Below, piece by piece: positions 23,735-37,337 of a DNA stretch of 64,000 bases; the stretch's first letter is position 1, and each line of letters begins with the position of its first letter. Location of the stretch: NCBI RefSeq assembly GCF_001194135.2, contig NC_068990.1, positions 61,378,231 through 61,442,230 on the forward strand, given 5' to 3'. Made by a program: the position numbers and the translations under genes. The notes beneath the pieces were generated by a model. It had not been told where the DNA came from. It searched no databases and was given only the letters and a program-made list of their open reading frames with translations. Source of the stretch: Octopus bimaculoides (taxonomy: Eukaryota).

Positions 23735-24050
23735 TATATTTTCCTTCAGGTTTAATTTAAGTTCTTCTTCAGAGGGTTCAAGCTGGTTGCCAGTTTTTGT
23801 GAATATGTGTTGGTTGAACTGTCGATGTTTACACCCAAGTGCGTGCATCTATTCACATAAGAATCTCACTAGGAGAATTTCTGTAATAATGTCTTACAAA
23901 TCTTCACAGTGCCACTAATAGATTGGTTTTGGAGAATCCACATCAGTTTCTTTTGTTCTTTTTCTGTGATACCAAATGTTTCTACGTTTTTGTGCAAATT
24001 TTTTGCACATAACCTAATGCACTTCTGATGATGGGTACAAATGAGAGTTC
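23735..24050 (-). mobile_element. RLE-type non-LTR retrotransposon 3' end
   Basis: Minus: FVPIIRSALGYVQK / ETFGITEKEQKKLMWILQNQSISGTVKICKTLL*, the RLE C-terminal PIxxGALG...QKxxxxGTxxI motif, followed by a 3' UTR. Confidence 0.7.
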
Positions 24051-25341
24051 ATGTATGTATGTATGTATGTATGTATGTATGTATGTATGTATGTATGTAG
24101 CATGTAAGTATATACATGTATGCATGCATGTATGTATGTTATTATTCAGTTTTATTCAGGATTTTTTGCCAATAAAGAGTGTTGGTTTCTAACCTAGATC
24201 CAATGCCCCTTCATTAGAATATCAAAAACATAAACAGAGTATGTATGTATGTATTTATATGTGCGTTTCATTTTTGTATCTAGTTTACAAGTTTCTGGGA
24301 GGGTCAACACGCCAACAATAAACACCATTTCACTTCTTTCATTATCATTCATCAATTGGTTGACATTTAATCCGTTACTAATCAATTGATTGATAAATCC
24401 TTTAGTCAATCACTCTGTTGTACCTGCCAAAGTCATTTCGGTGCCATTCATGATATCTCCAATGATATGCCCTCTTGACTCCTGGCCTGCTTCAGGTCTG
24501 TCTGCCTGATTCTAGGTCAAAGGTCCTTTCGTTCTTGATACTGGTTGATTTCAGTTAGAATTTTCTTTTGGCTGTTTAACAATATTGTGTGTTTTAATTT
24601 TCAAGTTTGGTATTTTGTGATTTTGAATGGTAACAAAATTCACTTTGGTCTCAGTCTACAGTCTTAAAAAGAAAGGGCAAATTGGAAAAAAATAGCCCTA
24701 GATAGAAAAGACAGAAAAAAAATGATTGGCATGCTTGGAATGGTGTTGGATCATAGTTTTGCATAGGGTTAACATGGACTAAGCAACAGTAACGAATCAT
24801 ATTTGAATTTGCAACATGTCAACAACGTGAATTCTACATACTTCTTGTCTGCTTTATTTTTTTTTATTATCATGTTTTGACTTCTGATATATCTTTGTTT
24901 TCAAATTCATGGTAATTGGCAATGATTAGTTTTTAAACTATTCTCTTATTGTAGAAGCCCATCTCAATTGTTATAAAACTACTCATACATACATACATAT
25001 AAATAAAACTACCCTGTTGTTGATACTAAATTCCAATGAAGGAGCCTTGGATCTAGGTTAGAAACTGGCTCTTTCTCTATTGGCAAGAAATCTTGAAATA
25101 AAACTGAACAATCATATACATACATACATACATACATACATACAGTGCATACATACATGCATACATACATGCATACATACATACATAATACATATATGTA
25201 TATATATTCTATTCTTTTATTCTTTTACTCATTTTGGTCATTTGACTGCGGGCATGCTGGAGCAGTGCCTTTTGTTGAACAAGTTGACCAGAACTGATTT
25301 CAGGGTCTTACTCTTCCTCAGTACAGGACACCTCTATGCTA

Positions 25342-25385
<44 letters not shown>

Positions 25386-26121
25386 TATATATATGTATAT
25401 ATATGTATATGAGTGTCTCTGTGTGTGTATATCATATATATATATATGTATGTATATATACACACACACACATATATATGTAGACACAATTAGGCAGATA
25501 AACAAATTAGATATGCAAAATATAATTGTTTGGGTATAAAATACAATATATGCTAAACAAGAGAAAGCAAAAGGTGGTGATTCTGAGACAATGAATATCT
25601 AAGTATAAATATATAGTTATTTATGTTAATAGATCCAACTTACATAGAGTACAAACAATAGAAAAAAATTAAAAGGGTGGAAGGTGTCTTGCATGTATAC
25701 ATATGTAAATATTTTGTAATTCATACCCAAACTATTGTATTTAATATATCTAATTTGTTTATCAACTTAATTGCCTCTATATCCACTCAACTTGATCCTT
25801 CTTCTGGCCATTCTTTACCCTGTGGAATCGATCCTCTGCAAAGACATCAGAGTCTAAGTTTGAATCTTTTGAGCACTGGTGTCTTCTATACAGAGAATTT
25901 CTGGATCTCACCTGTGGAATCTGTGTGTGTGTGTACATTTGTATGTATGTATGTATGTATATCGGTATAGGTATAGCTGTGTGATTGAGAAGTTTGTCGC
26001 TCACCTATGTGATCATGAGTTCAATATGCTGCATGACACCTTGGGCAAGTGTCTTCCAACAGAACCAGGTCAACTGAAGCCTTGTGAGTGGATTTTCTAG
26101 AGAGAAACTGAAAAAAAGGTC

Positions 26122-26161
<40 letters not shown>

Positions 26162-26789
26162 NNNNNNNNNNNNNNNNNNNNNNNNNNNNNNNNNNNNNNN
26201 NNNNNNNNNNNNNNNNNNNNNNNNNNNNNNNNNNNNNNNNNNNNNNNNNNNNNNNNNNNNNNNNNNNNNNNNNNNNNNNNNNNNNNNNNNNNNNNNNNNN
26301 NNNNNNNNNNNNNNNNNNNNNNNNNNNNNNNNNNNNNNNNNNNNNNNNNNNNNNNNNNNNNNNNNNNNNNNNNNNNNNNNNNNNNNNNNNNNNNNNNNNN
26401 NNNNNNNNNNNNNNNNNNNNNNNNNNNNNNNNNNNNNNNNNNNNNNNNNNNNNNNNNNNNNNNNNNNNNNNNNNNNNNNNNNNNNNNNNNNNNNNNNNNN
26501 NNNNNNNNNNNNNNNNNNNNNNNNNNNNNNNNNNNNNNNNNNNNNNNNNNNNNNNNNNNNNNTATATGTATACATGTCTCTTAAAAGATAGAGCTCAAAA
26601 TCAATGCATTGAAGATACTTTATTGCAGCAACAATTATAATAACAGAAACAACCACAATAAGCCAAACCTATGCACATTTCAATAGGGTGTCCCGGATAA
26701 ATAAACCACATCATAAGATGTCTCGTAAAATATTGTAACAAATTACAACATATTACAAATTTCTGGATACTCCATCTCTTTACGCATGT

Positions 26790-26925
26790 GTGTGTGTGTA
26801 TACACAAGGTGCATTCAAAAACTTTCTGACCTTTAGATATAAAATAACTATTTTGTACATGTTTCAAATTTTATTTAATCACTTTCAAAATACTCCCCTT
26901 GGGAGTTCCCATACCTCCCCCCTAT
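26790..26925. mobile_element. Mariner terminal fragment
   Basis: TACACAAGGTGCATTCAAAAACTTTC is TIR-like; the minus strand reads GEYFESD* (mariner C-terminus). Confidence 0.6.
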
Positions 26926-27890
26926 GGTTGTGTCACTCTACTGGTAACACCTCTGAAACAAACAATTTTACATATAGTTCTTCAACTTGCTGGAAGGATC
27001 ACTTGTAAAAATATAGGATGGTCATAACTTGTATAGCTTGTTAGGATATTTCTGGTCGATCATGGGTGACAACGAACACAACAAAATTCTATATAAGAAA
27101 ACAAGAAAATAATGTTAATTATTCTAAACAAAATTGTAGAACTCAAATATACAAAACTTTTGAAAATTATCTTCATTCAAAAACCAAACTCTGTCCTGAA
27201 GAGATGACCAACAAGTAAAACAGGACAAGTTAGGTTTTGAAGCAACAAATGCAATAAGTGTAACCTTTAACATCTCATCTTGCAAAATCACATCTCAGAT
27301 ATTGCAAAATAGAATCAGTGACAGATGTATTTTAAAGCATGGAATATAGAGTTAAACATGATGTCTTGAGAATAAATCTTCAACTTTTATTTATCTATTT
27401 ATTTGTTTGTTTGTTTATTCATTCATTCATTCATTCATTTATTTGTATTGCTCATTTACTTAGTCGTTTGTTGTGGATTACCTCAGGTCAATGATTGGTT
27501 CACTACATTTCATTTTTGGCAGCAAGAATGATAAGGGAGAGTTTGTAACAAAGTATTAAACAAATATTGCCGGTAGGTTCTCTCACCAACCACCTGTTGT
27601 TTTAGTTTACTTGTTGATATTTACTTGAAGCAAACTCTTCCTCATAGATGTAAAATATAAAAAGAACTAAGATCTATAAAATTCAAGTTTATAGCTGTGC
27701 ACAACTCTGTGTGTGTGCATTTGTGTGTGTGTGCGTTTGTGTGTGTGTGCCTCTGGTTCAGTGTGAGGTATGTTAGTTGTGATGTATTAACAAAAGACAA
27801 CTGACCTCTATGCATGATTCTCACTGCATGTTCCTTTAGAATTGTGACACTACAACTACATACATACATGTGTATATATATGTAGTTGTA

Positions 27891-28275
27891 TTTTATAAAC
27901 AAACTTAGAAGCACCAAAGGAGTCAGTATTTAATAGAAAATAAAGTAACTCTCAAACACAGAATAATAACTGCAAAACAGCTTAGAAGATCAGATAAATA
28001 CCTTTAGAAGATGGAAAAAGAAGTAGCCAGCAAGCTATTATATGGGCCCAAGCCCTGCACCTCTCAATTTCCACCTGAATGCCCTGTACCACTAAGCCAA
28101 GCAACCTCTGACGACTAATATCTTTTTATAAGGTTAAATAATAGTTTTTAGAATATGAGAACGTTTTTTTTTATAAACAAACTTAGAAGCACTGAGATGG
28201 TATCTTAAAGAAAATAAAGTAAATTTCATATGCAGAATAGCTGTAAAAGCAGCTTAGAAGATTGGGTGAATATCT
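27891..28275. repeat. Diverged direct duplication (~110 bp, period 278 bp)
   Basis: TTTTATAAACAAACTTAGAAGCAC...GAAAATAAAGTAA...CAGCTTAGAAGAT at 27891-28003 and 28169-28275. Confidence 0.8.
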
Positions 28276-28808
28276 CAGCTGAAATTTCAAAGGTACAAGC
28301 TTTGGTTCATTGGAACAGCTTGCTGACCACTTTTTCTGTCTTCTAAGGACATTTACCTAATGTTCTAAGCTGTTTNNNNNNNNNNNNNNNNNNNNNNNNN
28401 NNNNNNNNNNNNNNNNNNNNNNNNNNNNNNNNNNNNNNNNNNNNNNNNNNNNNNNNNNNNNNNNNNNNNNNNNNNNNNNNNNNNNNNNNNNNNNNNNNNN
28501 NNNNNNNNNNNNNNNNNNNNNNNNNNNNNNNNNNNNNNNNNNNNNNNNNNNNNNNNNNNNNNNNNNNNNNNNNNNNNNNNNNNNNNNNNNNNNNNNNNNN
28601 NNNNNNNNNNNNNNNNNNNNNNNNNNNNNNNNNNNNNNNNNNNNNNNNNNNNNNNNNNNNNNNNNNNNNNNNNNNNNNNNNNNNNNNNNNNNNNNNNNNN
28701 NNNNNNNNNNNNNNNNNNNNNNNNNNNNNNNNNNNNNNNNNNNNNNNNNNNNNNNNNNNNNNNNNNNNNNNNNNNNNNNNNNNNNNNNNNNNNNNNNNTA
28801 TTCTTCAT

Positions 28809-28905
28809 AAACCTAGTACTTATTCTATCAGTCTGTTTTGCTGAACCACTAAGTTATGGACACGTAAACGCACCAACATCAGTTGTCAAGCAATGGTGGA
28901 GGGGA

Positions 28906-28941
<36 letters not shown>

Positions 28942-29108
28942 TACATACGATGGGCTTCTTTCAGTTTCCGTCTACCAAATTCACTCACAAGGCTTTGGTC
29001 GGCCCAAGGCTATAGTAGAAGACACTTGGCTAAGATGCTATGTAGTGGGACTGAACCCGGAACCATGTGGCTGGTAAGCAAGCTACTTACTACACAGCCA
29101 CTCCTGCG
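28809..29108 (-). mobile_element. OK-like SINE
   Basis: Reverse complement of the consensus from the head (CGCAGGAGTGGCTGTG) to GATAGAATAAGTACTAGG; the tail is lost in the gap. Confidence 0.9.
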
Positions 29109-29324
29109 ACAAGCTTTGTTTATACATACACAGGTGATTGCATAAGTGCAAAAACAAGGTTGAATAAATAGTACTTGAATACCAAAGGTAAGTATTTATT
29201 ACAACTGTCTGATGAATGGAAGCGTGAAACTCTGAGTAATAGTTGTCAGATAATTTTGCAGTTTGAATAAAAAGTAAACACACACACATACATACATACA
29301 TACATACATACATACATACATACA

Positions 29325-29392
<68 letters not shown>

Positions 29393-30482
29393 CATATATA
29401 TATTTATATGTATACATATATATTTATGTATATATATGTAAAACGTTTATATTTTCAGCTTATACATTTGTGATTCCATCTCCTGAATGGTCCCTAAGAA
29501 TGCAATTATAATTTCTTAACAGCCAGTTTGGTAAGAAGTTGCTTTCCTGATAATCTTCAGATTAACATTGACTTACATCTTTACTGCAAGAATTGAAAGT
29601 AATATTTGTGTTTTCAGCAAAAGCTAAATTTATATAGTGCAAGTTGAATTCTTCAGACTAAGCTTTAGATGAACTAAGCCAAAGTATGGGTTTAATATGT
29701 TATTGTATTGTATCTTTTCTGGGATTACTTGCTTATCCTTTCAAACTATAAGCATGACAGCATTGATCTGCATCTTCCCTTTTGCAGCAGATACTCCATT
29801 AACATGGTAAAGCCCTAAGGCTTAACAAGAGATTTTCTAATCTGTTTATCTGATTATAGAGCTGTATTATCATCATAATCAGCATAATCGTCATCATCAT
29901 CATCAACATCATCATCATCATCATCGTCGTCGTCGTCGTCATCGTCGTAATCATCATCATTGAAATGCTTATTTGTTCTAACAGAATTTCAGGAATTTTT
30001 TTCTTAATGTATATATTTAAAATTGATTTTATTTCTCAAATATTGATTTTTCTGTTGAATTAGATGTTGTCACTTTTAGATAATGAAGTTTTTTGTCATG
30101 GCCTTCCAAGGTGTGCATAATCTCAAGTTGTGTCAGGTTTATACAAGGTTCTCATAAATACTTGGTTTAATTTTTTTAACATATTAAAACTAATTGAATC
30201 AGATTGTTATTATTAACACAAACGCATTACATGCACATTATCATTATCATTATTATTAAAGTGATGAACTGGCAGAATCATGAGCATGCTGGGCAAAATG
30301 CTTTGTGGCCTTTTGTCTGTCTTAACATTCTGAGTTCAAATTTTGCCAAGGCTAACTTTACCTTTCATCCTTTCGGGGTTGATAAATCAAGTACCAGTTG
30401 AGCACTGGGATCGATGTGATCGACTGTCCCCCTCCCCACAAAATCCAGGCTTTGTACCTATAGTAGAAAGGATTATTATTAT

Positions 30483-30962
30483 TGAGTGAGAGAGCAGTGC
30501 ATGCCATCAAAGTGACACTGGGGTAAAATATACAAAGCCCTACATACCCATTATGACTGCCAGTCTGATAAAGGTACACCAGACACATGCATCACAACCA
30601 TATGTGTGCAACAAGGTGATCTCTTATCAAGATAAAAAGTGCATGGCCTAGCAGGTGGGACCCAGTTAGAATTTTCTTCAGGTCAAGTAGCCCATCCTGC
30701 TCAAAAGGCCCTTGAATAATTGAATAAGGGTTGTTTTTAGGGTGTTGAATGAAACACCCATATTTCCAGGGGTGAATTATTCAAATCTCAAAGAATTCCT
30801 CTCAACACATGGCTATCATGCTCCCCGAATACTTCTGCTCATGATCAGAGATGCACATATTGTCAACCACTAAGGGACATGCTCAACTGGTTAAGGTCAA
30901 ACAACTGACATGCAAATCTGTGGTATTGAGCAGAAAATTTGCTGTAGCCTATCTTTTATACC
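30483..30962 (-). mobile_element. ~550-bp TAA-associated retroposon, 5'-truncated copy
   Basis: Homologous to 50619-51091, 51148-51684 and 52754-53309; begins on + with TGAGTGAGAGAGCAG right after (TAT)n. Confidence 0.85.
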
Positions 30963-30964
30963 GT

Positions 30965-31165
30965 GATTGGTTTGATTCAAGATTCGTTTTTACTCCTGAT
31001 AGAATTTATGTTGGTAGTGGGTTACTATCTGTAACCTTAGGTATCCACTAGCTTTCAATAATCTTTCAAGTGTTTAAACGATCCTGATAATTTTTGCTGT
31101 CCTTTAGAGGCAAACTTTCTGTAGAAGCTCCACAGAACATTTTATTCTAATCTCCTTCAACCACT
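30965..31165 (-). mobile_element. R4/Dong-like RLE LINE 3' end
   Basis: Paralogue of 31440-31755, sharing CTGTAACCTTAGGTATCCAC and the ORF end. Confidence 0.75.
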
Positions 31166-31439
31166 TGTCTATCATCATTATCATCATCATCATCGTTTAA
31201 CGTCCATCTTCCATGCATGGGTAGGACGGTTGATAGGAGCTGGCCAGGTAGAAAAACTGCCCTAAGCTACTGTGTCTGTTTTGGCAGAGATTTTATGGTT
31301 GAATGCCCTTCCTAACTCCAACCACTCGGCAGAGTGGACTCAGTGATTTTTATGCACAGGCGAGGTTAGTTTCAGCATGATTCTTATAGTGGGATGCCCT
31401 TCCAAACACCAACCACGTTACAGTGTCGGTTGGATGCTT

Positions 31440-31755
31440 TTATATATTATTATTATTTTGGTTTGGCTCAGGTTCAGTCTTATTCCTGGTAGGAATTATA
31501 TGGGTAACAGGTTACTACCTGTAACCTTAGGTATCCACAAGTTTTCAGCAGTCTTTCAAGTGCTTAGAACCTTCCTGATAACCCTTGCTGTCTCTAAGAG
31601 ACAAACATTCTGTAGGAACTCTATCTGGCATTTTATTTCAATTTCCTTCAGCCATTTGTCTATATCTTTGTTTACTGTTCCCAATGCAATAATTATTATA
31701 GGTACAACCTTTACTGTTCACACACTCCAAATTCTTCCTATCTCAAACTTTAAGG
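31440..31755 (-). mobile_element. R4/Dong-like RLE LINE 3' end
   Basis: Minus: LKFEIGRIWSV*TVKVVPIIIIALGTVNKDIDKWLKEIEIKCQIEFLQNVCLLETARVIRKVLST*, then 3' UTR and a TAA-like tail. Confidence 0.85.
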
Positions 31756-32129
31756 GATTGTATCATCATCATCATCATCATCATCATTATTACAAACACA
31801 TACACACACACTTAAAATAACATATCTCCCAAATACAATGAAAGTATTTCTTTGAGCAACACATTTTTAGCAGAGAGCTCAGTTAATATGATAATGATTA
31901 TTCTTGTTCAAAGCAATAATATAATCATATATACAAACATAGGAGACACTTGCTCAAGGTGCTGTACAGTGGGATCGAACTCAGATCCACATGGTTATTA
32001 AGTGTATTTCTCACCTTTACACTTATACCTGCATCTATAGATCTAATGTTTCTAGTATTTTAGTTGAAAGAAAAGTGATGTTTTGATAGGCATGGATTAT
32101 TTTCCATAATGCATATGAATCAAGAAGTT

Positions 32130-32300
32130 ACATCAAGAGGTGCCAATCACTAATTATTGAAGGAACATGTGGAAGGGATAAACCCAGGAAGATGTGGGAC
32201 AAAGTGGTGGGAAAGGATCTGCAGATGCTGGGACTCACAGAGGGGATGACGGGGACTGGAACACCTGATGGTTTGCTGTGCTTGAGAAAACATGTCAAGC
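32130..32300 (+). mobile_element. RTE LINE 3' end
   Basis: EGTCGRDKPRKMWDKVVGKDLQMLGLTEGMT; runs into a Meta-SINE-type tail. Confidence 0.75.
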
Positions 32301-32684
32301 TAAGTAAAAGCATGGTTGTTCTTGCATATAGGCTTGCCCCCAGCATCCCTCTCCAGCTGAGCATTTCTAATCTTGTGGACTTGTGGGTGCTGGTACCACT
32401 TAAAAAGCACCCATGCCAGTGCTGTGTAAAAGCACTCAGTATATTCTGTTAAACAGTTTGTGTTTAGAAGGGCATCCAGCTGTAGAAACCATGCTAAAAT
32501 ATAGACATGGAACCTGAACAACCCTTCAGTTGGTCAGCTTCTGTCAAACCATCCAACCCATGCTAGCATGGAAAACGAATGTTGAATGATGATGATGATG
32601 ATGATAATTATGATGATGATGATAATTATGATGATGATGTAATTTAAATGAATGAAAGCAATTCTATCTTGGAAATCAGACTGG

Positions 32685-32685
<1 letters not shown>

Positions 32686-32780
<95 letters not shown>
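32686..32780. repeat. (TAT)n microsatellite
   Basis: Pure run; similar runs at 51092-51147, 51685-51740, 52223-52295, 53310-53365 and (TAA)n at 38892-38990. Confidence 0.98.
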
Positions 32781-32781
<1 letters not shown>

Positions 32782-33541
32782 CTTTCTCAGGAAAATGTTC
32801 TTTCATTTCAAATGCTTGAAGTAACATTTTTCCTTTTTAAAGAATGCTTAAATGAGAATCTGAAACATTCACAACTTTCTCAAAATTATCAATTTTGTAT
32901 GTAAAATGAATGAATATTATTTGGGTATCAGAACTGTATGAATAAGGTAATTTGAATAATATGAATAAGGTAATTTTATTAGCCAAAATTTTGGTGATAT
33001 TATTGTCATTAAATCACAACTGGTCATATTACATCAGACTATCAATTGAGGCTAAAATTTCTCCAGTCTTCTCATCAAACACAATACCTAAAATTATGAA
33101 GAGATTTTCTTTTTCTTTGATTTTTCTCAACTCTGAAATGAAATTTACACATATCATACAAGTGTAACAGAACTTTTATTTCTGTATCACCATTAAAATA
33201 TCTGTTTTCTATCACTCTTAATCTTTTACCCCAAAGTTTTCTTCTCTTGTCTCAACCTAGCTGGATGCTTTCATACTTTTAACATTTTTATTTTTTATTT
33301 TATTTAGAAAAAGGCCTTCACTAGAATTTCAGCTGAGACTGAGACCAAGAAGGTCTAAATACATCAACTAATTACATACAAAATTTGATTCATTATCATT
33401 AACTTCAACACTAAAATGACACATCTTGTTAAAATTTGGTGATATATTAACTGATGTTTCCATTGCTAAGTGACCAGATAGCCAGTAAGTCACAGCATAA
33501 GAACACATTAGCATCTCTTTGTCTTCTTGCTAACACTTTAG

Positions 33542-33556
33542 GACCTCTTGTCAAAG
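33542..33556 (+). CDS. Candidate 15-nt frame-preserving microexon (host gene unknown)
   Basis: CATCTCTTTGTCTTCTTGCTAACACTTTAG|GACCTCTTGTCAAAG|GTGAGT: pyrimidine tract, TGC at -14..-12, consensus donor, no stop in any phase. Confidence 0.45.
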
Positions 33557-36500
33557 GTGAGTTATAGCTTTATTAATTATCTTTCTCAAAAGATTTATCA
33601 CATGTTTTTGGAACTTTCTGTGATTATTCCTAACCTACTAATAGTTCAAATACACAAAATGAACTATTAAAGTCTAATTAAATTTCTCAAATACACAAAT
33701 AATAAACTTAAAGCAATAGATTTCAGTCATATTTAGTACTTATGGATTTTCGTAAAGCATTCTTCTAAGTTATCAACTAAGGCACCAATTTCAAATATTA
33801 TTATTCAGTATTCAGTTATAAACCATTCTTTTCTCATTTATCAGTTTTATTTAGTATTTGACACTGGCTCTATATAAATAACTAGTTTGCAAACATTAAA
33901 CTTTCCTATCAATTGGCAAAACTAAACAGTAAGAGTGAATGTCTATTATTAAATGTCATGCTCCTTATGGAAAAATATAGTTTATCATCATTATCATAAT
34001 TATCAGATTTATTTACTGCCATAAACTGGATAAGAGTACAACTGTGTCTCTTACAGATGCTCTCTATCCTTGTCAATTATTTTGTAAGCTATAATTCTCT
34101 AAACTTGCAACTTTCTGGCTCAGTCAAAATCTCTGGTTCATTTCAATGCTGATGAGCCTCAGAGTACATAACACTTCAATCTTATTCAGTTTACATCAAT
34201 TACATTTATTATGATTGGTCATTAGTCACATCTTTGAATTCTTTAAGCAATTAACGCTTTGCATAGCTCATCTCAATTCAGTCTAAATCACTAGTTCATT
34301 TTATTCACATACTATGTTATTCCAAGATGTTATTTCTAACAAAGAATAACTGTCCACTAATAAAGTTTATTATCTTTATTTTATCCTGTGTGGGAAGTGG
34401 GAAAGGTAGTTAAATGAAGAAGTCTACTATATTTCAAAAATCACACGGAAATAAAGGTGTTTGGCAAAGTGTAACTATACAATAAAAGTGAAGTATCCAT
34501 TTAAAAAGTTTCTTCTTTGAAGATTTGAATTCATAAAAATTATCTTGATCAAACTCTTAGATATCAAAAGAGAAAATTAGTGTGAAAAACATCAAAACTA
34601 AAACTCTCGTACTGACTAAGGCCTATAAATGAATTAAGTAAACTGCCATTCAATATATACTTTATTGTCATTAATAAATGTTTCCACAAAAAAGTTATCT
34701 AAAAACAAAAATAAATAAAAATTAATAACCATTCTTAGATGTGACTAAAATGATGATTAGGAATTCAATTTTAAGCTGCTAAGATATTGCTTTATTTGGT
34801 TTTTGACAGCCAAAATCTTAAACTTATAATATTAAATTACAAAGCTAATTTCTCACAATGATTTGACGAACATTCCAATTACTATAAAAATGTCTTAAAT
34901 GACCAAAGTCATTTGAAGTTATCCTGGACCTTCTGTAATATTTTATTTGTATATAATAACCATATATTGATACTAAGTGAAGTAAATTTGTAGTTTGAGG
35001 AATTTTGGAACTTTTTATTAAATTTCTGTTTCATTAAAAGAATGAAAAACTTATAGAAAGAAAATAGGATTAATGCCTAAAAGTTGAAATAAAAGCACTG
35101 TGTGGACACTTTTAAGTTGATTTGAAGAAAGATAAAAATGAAAATCAATTTAAAAAGAAGAAAAGAGGATAAATTTAAAGAAAATATGGTGGCAAAATAT
35201 ATATTAAAGTATAAAGAAATTTAAAAGCTACCAACATATTTTGACTAAATGATAGCAAATTTTCTCTGATTAACTATATCAATATTAGATTTAATTAGCT
35301 CTTTGTTTTTTTTTTTTAGTGATTATATATAAAACTTCAATAAATTATCTACTGCATTAACAATTCTTACAACTACTATGAGCATGAATAATAGTTATAT
35401 TCAGACAATATGAATTGTTTAGTGCAAGCAGTAAAGAATGGTATATAACATACCTAACCTACCTTACAGTTTAAACCGATCATCGTTGTTTTATATATAC
35501 AGAAGAAAATACCTAAATGGTAATATATACTTCAGAAAAATTGACATGAAAGATTTCAAAATCAAGCAAAGAAATTAGATATGAATTGAGGAACAGGGGA
35601 ATTATTCTACAAAATCATCTTATTATCAGTTTTATTCATTTTGTTAGGAAGATGATGGCAGGAAGGAAGTTGGTTGCTTAAATGTTTTTACTCTGCTTGT
35701 TAAGGACACCCTATTGACTTCAAGATGGATTGATACCATCAATTCTTATTATCTACTTTGATCTTGATCCTGTTACTCGCATGTGTATCAATTAGGCCCC
35801 ATAACACAGCATTCATTTTATTTCTTCTTATAAGCCAAAGAAACAATGAAACAAGAGAATTACCCCCACTAAAAGATAATTTTAAAGAAAAATCTGCAAA
35901 AGTCAATTGCCATGTGTAGAAGATATTGGAGTTTTTCTAGAAAAATTGCCCTAATTTGGAAATGTTTTCTTAATGAAGAGTTCTTCACTAGAATTGAAAG
36001 AGATAAGTTATATTATTTTACTGTAGATCACAAGAAAACTATTATTTGTTTTTCGAAATAAATATAGAATAGATTATGGAATAAAAGCCATTTAACTGTA
36101 TGGGAAATGTTGATTATATGATATATACTGTGTGATATCACTAATTTCATTCTGAATCATGTGGGTGGAAGACAATTTGGCAAGAAGAAGATATTAAAAA
36201 CAAAAGCATTCATTTAATGTAGGGTTTCTAATGTGAAGGCAGCAAATGTTCTTGGTTTTCTCTTTGCAGCTATAAGAGTCATTAAATGGTCTATAAGAGA
36301 TTTTTCAGGTTTCACAGATATGTACTGGAATATTTTTCAAAGTGAAAATGTAAAGTAAAGAATAATATTAAAACTATTGTCACTTAGCATTTCTAAAGTT
36401 ATGGACGTAAGCGTAAGTAGTTAATGTTTATAGATGCTCATGTATCTTAATAACCAGCAATATAGTACTCACAATGGCATCTCAATTTTCTACCCATGCT

Positions 36501-36697
36501 TGCATATTACTAATAAATTGGACCACTCTACAGAATGCTGAGATAGAACCATAGGAATTACACATTATATTAGTCAATATTTTTGAAAAATAGGTCTCAG
36601 TGCATGTCACCTTGGGCAAGTGTCTTCTATTATAGTCTCAGGCTAACCAAAGCCTTGTGAATGGATTTTGTAGACAGAAACTGAAAGAAGCCCATCA

Positions 36698-36729
<32 letters not shown>

Positions 36730-37337
36730 TGTGTGTCTTTGTATCTGTGTTTGTCACCCACCACTATTTGACAACCAGTGTTGGTTTGTTTATGCCCCTG
36801 TACCAGGTTTTGAAAATTAAGTACTGGAGTTGATTTGTTTGACAAAATCTCTTTGAGGTGGTGTCCCAGCATGACTGCAGTTTAATGACTGAAACAAGTA
36901 AACGAAAAAAAGAACCCCCTTCTACCTCTCTACCTACAATGAAATGGATGATCTGCTGAAGATGGTATAGTCTATATGATATGGGCTAAGACTGAAAAAT
37001 ATGTCACAGTGAAAACCTGCAGTATATAAATGAAAGGTTAAATTAAGAGTGAAACTATAAATTCATTAGTGAACATGACATTTAAAGTTCAGCAGTTTAA
37101 GGTTAATGCAACTTTAACAGGGACTGTAATTGCAAAATATGGCATTGACCATAAACTTAATTTAAATGATTCAGGGTAAGGAATGTAGAATAAGAAGTAA
37201 ATTTCAAACATGAAGAGATTGTAACAGTGTTTCAATTTCATGTTGAAGACATTTCAGAATAGCATTTGATGTATCTTGAAGACAGTTCATTTCCTTCCCA
37301 CTGTTTATGACTTTTTATAAAATTTCATGGCTTTTAA

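Noticed and set aside
27211-27246. TGTC-CTGAAGA...GACA hammerhead-like bracket
   Set aside because: GAAA core and stem III are missing; explained as a simple 7-bp inverted repeat.
29187-29192. AAG|GTAAGT donor
   Set aside because: No acceptor tract upstream; lies in repeat-like sequence next to a SINE.
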